In this document: positions 55,424 through 64,000 of the stretch, in pieces
How the letters are laid out: the number at the start of each line of letters is the position of its first letter
Numbering within the stretch: the first letter of the stretch is position 1
Assembly (NCBI GenBank): GCA_963798085.1
Contig: CAWCRS010000005.1
Location: 96,001 to 160,000, forward strand
DNA length: 64,000 nt
Direction of reading: 5' to 3'
Source: an uncultured Gemmatimonadales bacterium
Lineage (GTDB): Bacteria > Gemmatimonadota > Gemmatimonadetes > Longimicrobiales > RSA9
Made by a program: the position numbers and the translations under genes
Notes under the pieces: generated by a model
The model's database searches: none
Told to the model about the DNA's origin: nothing
The model's input: only the letters and a program-made list of their open reading frames with translations

Positions 55424-56823
55424 CGGATCACCTCCGTGACCGGCTGTCCCAGTATGAAATCGCTCTTCCGGTGCGTGGCCGGATCGTTCAGGTCGTAGAG
55501 CAGCGCGCCATCGACCCAGACATCCTGGGCGCGCGCGTAGACGCTGAAGGGATCGCCGGTCCAGAGCACGACGTCTGCGTTCTTGCCCGGCTCGAGCGAG
55601 CCGGTCCAGCGGTCGACACCGATGGCTTTCGCGGGATTGATGGTGAGCCAGCGGATGGCCTTCTCATAGGGGATGTCGATGCCGGCGGCCCGGCCGGAAG
55701 CCATCGCCTTGCCGGCTTCCTGGTTGAGTCGCTGGATGCCCTGCGCGTCATCGGAATGCACAATGGCGCAGGCGCCGGCGTCCTCCATGAGCGCGATGTT
55801 CTCCTTGATACCGTCGTAAGCTTCCATCTTGAAGCCCCACCAGTCGGCCCACATGCTGCCGCAGATGCCTTCCTTCGCCAGCAGGTCGCGGATCTTGTAC
55901 GCCTCGACGGCATGATGGAAGGAGCTGATGTGGTAACCGAACTCCTTCGCAATGTCGATCATGATGGCCATCTCATCGGCGCGATAGCAGTGATTGTGCA
56001 CGAGGATGGTGCCGTCGAGGACGCCCGCGAGCGTTTCCAGCTGGAGATCGCGCTCGGGCATCTGCGCGGGATTGCTGCCGCTCTCGCGCCAGCGCTTCCA
56101 CTGGTCGCGATACTTCTGTGCGCGGATCCACGCGGCGCGGTAGCCGGCCACATTGCCCATGCGGGTGGATGGCGCGCGGCCCTTCTCGCCGTACACGCGT
56201 TTGGGATTCTCGCCGCACGCCATCTTGAGGCCGTAGGGCGCACCCGGGAACTTCATGCCCTGCACGGTGCGCGCGGGCACATTCTTCAGCGTCACGCTGC
56301 GCCCGCCGAACAGGTTGGCGGAGCCGGGCAGGATCTGCATGGCGGTGACACCGCCGGCGCGCGCCAGCTCGAACTGCGGGTCCTGCGGCCAGACGGAGTG
56401 CTCGGCCCACACTTGCGCGGTGTTAGGGTCGGTCATCTCGTTGCCGTCCTGTACGCCGCTGACGGGGGGCGCGGGGTAGACGCCCAGGTGCGAGTGGTCA
56501 TCGATGATGCCGGGTGTGACCCACTTGCCGGTGCCGTCAATGACCACAGCGTCGGCGGGCGCGCTCACCTCCCGGCCCACCTGCGCAATGCGGCCATCGC
56601 GCATGAGCAGCGAGCCGTTCTCGATGCGTGCGCCGGCGGCCGTGAGGATGGTGGCGCCGCGAATCACCGTGGTTCGCGAGGGCATTGGTGCATAGGTCGA
56701 AGGGAACGGATTATCGGAGGGCTCGCCGGCGTGCCGGGGCGAGGCGGCGGGAAGGGGGGGTCTGGGCGCTGACGCGCAACCGAGCGCGCCGGCCAGCAGC
56801 AGCACCGCAGCATACATCCGCAT
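55420..56823 (-). CDS. Amidohydrolase-family lipoprotein
   Basis: Lipobox ALGC; PGIIDDHSH, KMACGENPK, HNHC, HHA, HSD and GSLEPGKNAD. Confidence 0.88.
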   Translation of the reverse strand: MRMYAAVLLLAGALGCASAPRPPLPAASPRHAGEPSDNPFPSTYAPMPSRTTVIRGATILTAAGARIENGSLLMRDGRIAQVGREVSAPADAVVIDGTGKWVTPGIIDDHSHLGVYPAPPVSGVQDGNEMTDPNTAQVWAEHSVWPQDPQFELARAGGVTAMQILPGSANLFGGRSVTLKNVPARTVQGMKFPGAPYGLKMACGENPKRVYGEKGRAPSTRMGNVAGYRAAWIRAQKYRDQWKRWRESGSNPAQMPERDLQLETLAGVLDGTILVHNHCYRADEMAIMIDIAKEFGYHISSFHHAVEAYKIRDLLAKEGICGSMWADWWGFKMEAYDGIKENIALMEDAGACAIVHSDDAQGIQRLNQEAGKAMASGRAAGIDIPYEKAIRWLTINPAKAIGVDRWTGSLEPGKNADVVLWTGDPFSVYARAQDVWVDGALLYDLNDPATHRKSDFILGQPVTEVIR

Positions 56824-56949
56824 GGTGGACTCCGCGTGGTTGAGGGCAGGGAACGCGGCACGGTATGCGGACGGGGGCGCAGCCACAAGGCAGCGTACTC
56901 CGGCGTACGCGAAAGGCGCTGTCAGCGAAATGCGCTTCGGCTTTGCCGG

Positions 56950-57954
56950 TCAGGCCACGGCGCAGTAGTCCTTCAGCTCGATCCAGCCGGCGTTGTCGAG
57001 CGCGCTGCGGATTTCGGCGCGTGCCTCATCGCCGGCTACGGCGGCCACGGCGAATGCGCCGCGAAAGCGATGGATCTCAGTGGGGTCGATCACAGGCGCG
57101 CCGTGGATGGTCTGACCGATTTTGCGCGCGTCCAGCTCGACGAATGCGCGCACCTGCATGCCTGCGGCCGCGAAATGGCGGGCGAAGCCCTTGCCCACCG
57201 GGCCGGCGCCCCATACCACCACACCTTCGCGCTCGCGCAGCAGTGTGCGTGCGAGGTGGTGGACCTTGCACGCCTGGAAGGCGCTGACAGCGTAGCGCTC
57301 ATCGCGGCGCGACAATCGCAACTCGCTCTCCCGCCAGTCGAGCAGCACTTCGCCGACCTTTCCCAGGCCGCAGCCCGCGGCCCAGAGTCGCAGCAGCAGG
57401 TCGTAGTCCTCCGGCCAGCCGACATCGCGGTAGCCGCCTGCCTGCTCGAAGGCGCTGCGACGCAGCATCAGCGTGGGATGCGGGATCGGGCATTCGACGA
57501 AGAGGTCGCGCACGATGTCGCCGGGCCGCAGCAGCGCGTTGATCCACTGCTCGTAGCGGCGCGCGCCGTCGCGCACGTTCGCGTCCGGAAAATAGCGAAC
57601 CTGCGTGCCGCAACCGGCGAGCGATTCCTCCGCATCCAGCAGGGCAACCTGGCGCGCGAAGCGCTCGGGGTACGCCACATCATCGGCATCCATGCGCGCC
57701 AGCAGCTCGCCCGTGGCCAGCGTGTACGCCGTCTGCAGTGCCGGCACAATGCCGCGCGGCGTGGTGCGGATGGCGCGGACGCGGCGGTCGCGCGCACTCC
57801 AGGCCGCAATGATGTCAGGCGTGGCATCGCTCGAGCCATCATCGACGATGATGCACTCGAAGTCCGCGAACGATTGTGCCGCGAGCGATGCGGCGGCCTC
57901 TGCCAGCCAGGCCGCGGCATCGCGGCACGGCATCAGCACAGAAACGCGTGGCAA
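56950..57954 (-). CDS. GT2 family glycosyltransferase
   Basis: VSVLMP, VDDGSSD, ARMDADD and EDYDL. Confidence 0.92.
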   Translation of the reverse strand: MPRVSVLMPCRDAAAWLAEAAASLAAQSFADFECIIVDDGSSDATPDIIAAWSARDRRVRAIRTTPRGIVPALQTAYTLATGELLARMDADDVAYPERFARQVALLDAEESLAGCGTQVRYFPDANVRDGARRYEQWINALLRPGDIVRDLFVECPIPHPTLMLRRSAFEQAGGYRDVGWPEDYDLLLRLWAAGCGLGKVGEVLLDWRESELRLSRRDERYAVSAFQACKVHHLARTLLREREGVVVWGAGPVGKGFARHFAAAGMQVRAFVELDARKIGQTIHGAPVIDPTEIHRFRGAFAVAAVAGDEARAEIRSALDNAGWIELKDYCAVA

Positions 57955-58015
57955 GTCCTCAGCTCGATTCTTCCGGCCGCCGTTCCGCCCCGATCGGTCT
58001 GCGGCCGGATACTGC

Positions 58016-58471
58016 TCAGTATCGGTCGCGACTCGCCGTAAACCCGCCCGTATCGGTGGAGGGCAGACCCGTGCTGAAACGCCAGTCGCCGGTCATGGTG
58101 TTGCCGCGCAGCCGTCCATCGTGCTGCAGGTGGAATGATACCGAGCGGCCGCTCGTCAGCAGCTGGCCGTTGAATTCGAAGCTGATGTAGCCATCGGCAT
58201 CGAGCACCGCCTCGGCGGGTGTCTGCGTGGTAATGTGTATGGTCTCGTCCCCGCCCTGCAGGTACGACCAGTCCAGCGCCACGAGGGCGCTGCCGTAGCG
58301 CTGGCGTGTGATGGTGACCTGCCCCAGCACGACATCGCCAATGAGGCCGTCGACCGTCCCCGCGTACGCGTACACGCCCTCGAAGTCGCGGCCACCCACG
58401 CCATAGATGTCCCGGCATCCTGCCACCGTCACCAGCGCCAGCACAGCCGGCGCCATCAGAAACCGACGCAT
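58016..58471 (-). CDS. Hypothetical lipoprotein
   Basis: GGAGGG RBS, lipobox VAGC and a beta-rich mature region. Confidence 0.65.
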   Translation of the reverse strand: MRRFLMAPAVLALVTVAGCRDIYGVGGRDFEGVYAYAGTVDGLIGDVVLGQVTITRQRYGSALVALDWSYLQGGDETIHITTQTPAEAVLDADGYISFEFNGQLLTSGRSVSFHLQHDGRLRGNTMTGDWRFSTGLPSTDTGGFTASRDRY

Positions 58472-58663
58472 TGCGCTCCCTCCGCTGGAGTCGTACGCGC
58501 CGGCATGTTTTCAAGCTTCGGACCACACCACGGTTGAACCCGGTGTTAACCGCGTGTGCCCGGTGACGTGCTGCTGGCGGGAGCGGCGGAGCCGCTCGGC
58601 AAGGTCGTGGTGCGTCCACTGCGGCGGACGAAACGGCGTCCACGGTGGCGGGCAAACGTCGAC

Positions 58664-61535
58664 TCAGCTGGCGGGCACGCCCGCCTCGGTGAGGCCGTAG
58701 GCCATGCGCAGGTAGCGAGCCGTGTGACTGCGCTCGTTGCGCGCCACATCCAGCGGATGACCCATTGCTACCACCCGGCCGCCGGCTTCGCCGGCTTCGG
58801 GCCCGAGGTCGATGATCCAGTCAGCCGCACGGATGACTTCGAGGTTGTGCTCAATGACGACCACGGTGTGCCCCACATCCGTCAGACGGCGCAGCACGCT
58901 GAGCAGCTTGCGCACCTCCGGGCCGGAAAGACCCGTCGTCGGCTCATCCATGATGTACAGGCGATGTCCCTGCTTGCGGCCGGCGCCGATCAATTCGCGT
59001 GCGATCTTGAGGCGCTGCGCTTCGCCACCGGAAAGCGTGGGCGCAGGCTGGCCCAGCCGCAGATAACCCAGGCCCACCTGCTGCAGCTGCCAGAGCATCT
59101 GGCCCAGGCGGTCCTCGCGGATGAAGAAGCGGATCGCTTCATCGACCGTGAGGTCGAGGACCTGGCGGATGTTCAGGTCCTTGAACTTCACTTCGAGTGT
59201 CGCGGGCTTGTAGCGGCGGCCGAGACACACTTCGCAGGGCACCCACACATCGGCGAGGAACACCATCTCGATCTGCACGAAGCCTTCACCCTGACAGGCC
59301 TCGCAGCGGCCGCCCTGCACGTTGAACGAGAAGTGCCCGCTCTTGTAGCCGCGCTGTTTCGCGAGTGGCTGCTCCGCGAAGATGTTGCGGATCTGGTCGA
59401 ACGCCTTCACGTACGTGACAGGATTGGAGCGGAAGGTCCGGCCGATGGGCGACTGATCGACGAGGACGACGCCGTCCACCAGGGCGCGGCCTTCAATGCG
59501 GTCGTACTCGCCCACTTCTTCTCCCAGGTGCAGCTTGGCGGAGGTTTCGCCATCGGCCAATTCCTTCTCCAGCGCGCGGTACAGCACATCGTGCACGAGC
59601 GTGCTCTTGCCGGAGCCGCTCACGCCGCTCACCACGGTGAGCGCGGCCACAGGTATCTCGACATCGACGCCGCGCAGGTTGTGCAGGCGGGCGCCGTACA
59701 TGCGCAGAGTGCGCGGCGTGAAGGCCGGCCGCTCCGGCGGGCGGGTCGCACCACCGTATGCGGCGAGATAATGCCCTGTTGCGGTGGCGGCGCTGCGCAG
59801 CGCCTCGTAATCGCCCTGGAAGACGATGTGCCCGCCTTTCTCGCCACTGCCCGGTCCCAGCTCAATGACGTGATCCGCGGCACGAATGGCCGACAGGTCG
59901 TGTTCCACGACTACCACGCTGTTACCGCGATCGCGCAGCTGGTGCAGCAGCGCCAGCAGGCGGTCCGTGTCGCGCGGGTGCAGGCCGACGGTGGGCTCAT
60001 CCAGCACGTACAGTGCATCGACCAGGCTGGAGCCCAGCGAATTGGCCAGACTGATACGCTGCGCTTCACCGCCGGACAGCGTGCGTGTCTGGCGCTGCAG
60101 CGTGAGGTAGCCCACACCCACGTCATCGAGGAACCGCAACCGGGAACGCAGTTCACGCAGGATCGGTTGTGCAATGCTGCGTTCCTGCGTGCTGAGCGAT
60201 TCTTCCTGGTCGGAGATCGTGCTGCCCGCCTCGAGCGCATCGACCCAGTCACGCAGTTCCCGGATGGGCAGGTCGCTGGCCTCGGCAATGGTGCGTCCGC
60301 CCACGCACACGAGCAGCGCTTCCGGCCGCAGCTTGGTGCCATGGCAGGAAGGACACGTCATTGCGGTCTGGTAATGACGCAGGAATACGCGAATGTACTG
60401 TTTGTAGCGTTTCGTCTCGCGTGAGCGCAGGAACGGTATGACGCCCGGGAACGCGCGACTGCCCTTCAGTACCGTCTGGCGGAACTTCGCCGGCAGGCCG
60501 GACCAGGGCGCATCGACATCGACGCCCTGCTCGCGCGCGAATGCGAGCAGGCGCCGCCGCTGCTTGCCATAGCGCGGCTTCTCCCATGGATCCACGGCGC
60601 CGTCGCGCAGCGAGCGCTGCTCGCATGGGCACGATGAGCGCCGGGTCGTACTCGAGGATGGCGCCGAAGCCGGTGCACGTCGGGCACGAGCCGTATGGAT
60701 TGTTGAAGGAAAACAGCCGCGGCGTGGGGTCGAGGAAGCGGATGTCGGGATGATCGGGGCAGCGGAATCGCTCCGTGAAGCGCAGCACGACGCCGTTGTC
60801 CGCGCGCACCACCAGTACTTCGCCATCGCCTTCCTTCATGGCGGTGCCCACGGAATCCGCAACACGATCGCGTTCGGCGGCCCGCATGATCAGGCGGTCG
60901 ACCACGACCAGCAGCTCCTGCGCCTCGGCCAGATCGCAGCCCGCGCCTTCGACGGTCTCCGTGCCGGGCTCATCCAGCTCGAGCATGCGGCCGTCCACGC
61001 GCAGCCGCACGAATCCGAGGGCGCGCAGATTCTCGACGATGCCCTTGTGCGAGATGCGCGCGCTGCGCGGCAGCGGGAACGTGACCAGCAGGCGGGTGCC
61101 CTCCGGCTCCTTCAGCAGCGTGTCGGTGACCGACTGCACGGTGTCGGGCAGCACACGGCGGCCGCACTCCGGGCAGTACGTCCGTCCCGCCCTCGCCCAC
61201 AGCAGGCGCAGATAGTCGTAGACCTCGGTCGCCGTGCCCACCGTGGAGCGGCTGCTCTTCGTCGGGTTCTTCTGCTCGATGGCGACGGCCGGGCTGATGC
61301 CATCGATGGAGTCGACCAGCGGCTTCTCCATACGGTCGAGGAACTGCTTGGCGTACGTGGAGAGCGATTCGACGTAGCGCCGCTGCCCCTCGGCGTAGAG
61401 CGTGTCGAAGGCGAGCGATGATTTCCCCGAGCCGCTGGGTCCGGTGAGTACGACGAGCGCCCGTCGGGGAAACTCGACATCGATCCCCTTCAGGTTGTTC
61501 TGTCGCGCATTGCGGATGACGATGCGGTCCTTCAC
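58664..61535 (-). CDS. uvrA: Excinuclease ABC subunit A (UvrA), frameshifted near 60625
   Basis: [27 protein letters not shown], two LSGGEAQR motifs and GVSGSGKST. Confidence 0.92.
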
Positions 61536-61899
61536 GGCTCCGGCTTTCGGCTTGCGGCTGCGGGCGCGCATCGCGCGCCGGCATTTCACGGGGCGCGGTG
61601 ACAACCCTCGCGGCCCATCGACCCGTCCTATGATCGTCACCGCGGTTACGCTATCGCCAGTGGCCCGGCGTCGCGTCGCGCCACGAATACCCGCATGAAA
61701 CCGCGGCGGTCCGCAGCACGTACAGACCACGTCTTCGACCGAGCGGCAGAGAGCCGCCAGCAGTCATATCGATCCGGCAGTACATCCGCGGTACCACCTT
61801 CCCGAATCCCTTCCGGACTTGCGCAACCAGCGGCCGGGCGCCGACGTTGGCGACCGGCCGCAGTCTTTGGCGGCCATCCACTGCAACGGCGTGAGCTTC

Positions 61900-62475
61900 A
61901 TGAGTGACACTGCGGCAACGTTGCGCGTGGCCGCTCTGGTGGGCAGCCTGCGCGCGCGCTCATTCAACCGCGCACTGCTGCGTGCGGCGATTCCGCTGGC
62001 GCCGGCGGGCATGCAGTTCCAGACTTTCGACCGGCTGGGCGAGATCCCGCCCTACAACGATGACGTGCTGGAGCAGGGCGTGCCGCCCAGCGTCGTCGCG
62101 CTCAAGGATCTGATCCGGGGCGCCGACGGCCTGCTCATCGTGACACCGGAGTACAACTACGGCATACCGGGCGTTCTGAAGAACGCGATCGACTGGGCTT
62201 CGCGCCCGGCCGCGGACACGCCGCTGGCTGACAAGCCGGCCGCGATCATGGGCGTGGCCGCGCGCACCAGCGGCACCGCCCGCGCACAGTTGCAGCTGCG
62301 CCAGAACCTGGTCTTCACGAACACGCTCGTCATGGTGCGGCCGGAAGTACTGGTGCAGCACGCGGCCGAGCGGTTCAATGCGGAACTGGAGCTGGTGGAT
62401 GAACCCACGCGCAAGGCCGTGGCGGCGTTCCTCACGGCGTTCGCCGCGTGGATCAACCGCCTTGCGCGCCGGTGA
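61900..62475 (+). CDS. NADPH-dependent FMN reductase (ChrR/SsuE-like)
   Basis: GSLRARSFN and TPEYNYGIPGVLKNAIDW. Confidence 0.92.
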   Translation: MSDTAATLRVAALVGSLRARSFNRALLRAAIPLAPAGMQFQTFDRLGEIPPYNDDVLEQGVPPSVVALKDLIRGADGLLIVTPEYNYGIPGVLKNAIDWASRPAADTPLADKPAAIMGVAARTSGTARAQLQLRQNLVFTNTLVMVRPEVLVQHAAERFNAELELVDEPTRKAVAAFLTAFAAWINRLARR

Positions 62476-63650
62476 ATTCCTCGAGTGCGGACAGCGCGAT
62501 GTCGACATCGCGCTGCGTGTTGTAGTAGTGCGGCGAGATGCGCACGGCGTTCGTGGCAGCCTTTTCCTTCATGTCGATGACCGCGTACTCGCGCAGGGTC
62601 ACGCTGGTGTTGATCGCCTCCTCGCGCAGCCTCGCCACGATCTCCGCCGCCGGCTGCGGGAATTCCGCGGTGACAATGGCGCAGCGGCGGGTACCGCGGT
62701 CGAGCACGCGCACGCCCGGCAGCGCGCTCAGCCGCTCCCGCATGCCCGCCGCGAGGTCCGCGGCGTATGCACCCGCTGCGGCCACGCCCACGCGTCCTGC
62801 ATAGCGCGCCGCTTCTCCCATGCCCAGCAGCAGCGCGCAGGCAAACTCCCAGTTCTCGAAACGGCGTGCGTCCGGCGCGAGTTTCCATGCGTTGTCGTCC
62901 AGCCATTCGGCGCCACGCATGTCGACGTACAAGGGCGCACGCTGCTGCGCCAGCGCACGATCGCTCACATACAGAAAGCCCACGCCGCGCGGGCCGCGCA
63001 GGAATTTGCGCGCCGTTGCCGAGAGGAAGTCGCAGTGCAGGCTGCGCACATTGATCGGGATCTGACCCACCGCCTGGCAGGCGTCGATGAGATACGGCAC
63101 ATCCGCTTCCGCGCAGGCCTCGCCTACCGCCTCGACGGGCTGCACAAGCCCGCTGTTAGTCGGAATCCAGGTGAGTGCCACCAGTGCAGGCCGGTGACCC
63201 CGCAGATGCGTCCGCACCGACTCCGGATCGATGCCGCCCTCCGCCGCATCCTCCGCGCGCACGATGCGCACGCCCAGGCGGGCCGCCAGCGACAGGAACA
63301 TCAGCTGATTCGAGATGTAGTCGTTGCGACTGGTGAGGATGATGTCGCCTGCATGAAAATCGAACGCGGAAAGCGCCAGCGCGAAGCCGACAGTGGCGTT
63401 TTCCACCACGGCAATGTTGCGCGGCGCCGCGCCAAGGAGCGCGGCCAGGTGCGCGTAGCTCTGCTCGATCGAGGCGCTCTCCGCATCCGCGGCCTCATAA
63501 CCGCCGATTTCGGATTCCTTCCTGAGGTGCGCGGACACGGCCTCGAGCACGGTATCGGGCATCAGGGCAGCGCCCGGCGTTGTTGAGGTGAATGCGCCCG
63601 GCCATTGCCGCCGCGGTTTCGCGGCGCCAGGGCAGCGGGTCGAATTCCAT
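62453..63650 (-). CDS. Class V PLP aminotransferase / cysteine-desulfurase-like protein, frameshifted near 63574
   Basis: ATG 63650 with AAGAGG RBS gives RIHLNNAG; one extra G shifts into AALMP...DACQAVGQ...ATARKFLRGPRG. Confidence 0.85.
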
Positions 63651-63742
63651 GGTGCCTCTTTTCTGAGCGCGAGTCGGCGGGCGCGCATGCCGCTCGGTGG
63701 CGAGGCCAGCAGGCGGGACCGCGTGACAAGATCGGTCTTCGC

Positions 63743-64000
63743 ATGAGCGCCGAAAAGGGCGCGCCCGTCACGCCGGACGCAGCTGACCCGATGCCCGCCG
63801 CTGCGCGCATTGGCTGCGCGTTCACGCCGACCGTCTTCCGGCCGGCGTGGTGGCTGCCGGGCGCACACGCGCAGACCATTGCGGGCCGGCTGGCAAGGCG
63901 GGCCAGACCCGATGGCCTGCGGCGCGAGCGCGTGGACACCCCGGACGGCGACTTCCTCGATCTCGACATCGCCCCGCTGGCGCAACCGGGCAAGCCGCTC
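63743..64000 (+). CDS. Partial YheT-like alpha/beta hydrolase (runs off the window)
   Basis: Manual translation: FRPAWWLPGAHAQTI...RRERVDTPDGDFLDLD. Confidence 0.75.
   Translation, partial: MSAEKGAPVTPDAADPMPAAARIGCAFTPTVFRPAWWLPGAHAQTIAGRLARRARPDGLRRERVDTPDGDFLDLDIAPLAQPGKPL

Overview
High-GC bacterial chromosomal window. Gene content (Hanks kinase style, PadR-ADOP permease unit, dnaE-accA-PSP1-metG run) suggests Gemmatimonadota, by inference. Most of 14.5-64 kb is housekeeping or ordinary accessory DNA: tRNA-Ile, ATP-dependent ligase, cyclase-STAND-TPR protein, typA, CDF transporter, dnaE, accA, metG, FadJ-like enzyme, DsbA/VKOR, mtgA, gyrA, membrane pyrophosphatase, amidohydrolases and uvrA. 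Many genes, including essential gyrA, carry small frameshifts that look like long-read or assembly errors. The most interesting part is 3.7-10.5 kb, a four-gene minus-strand operon of largely unknown function. It encodes an acidic-leader/glycine-zipper protein, an HExxH...ExxAD zinc-protease-like protein, a 574-aa protein with a Rho_N-like N-terminus, and a DUF3380-type muramidase bracketed by acidic EFE/ELE motifs. A candidate sigma-54 promoter lies upstream and a convergent sigma-54 activator lies downstream. Also notable are an in-frame TGA inside the first operon gene, a 70-aa protein that is 66% Asp/Glu with its own promoter and terminator, a stand-alone tRNA-Ile(GAU), and a candidate PadR operator.
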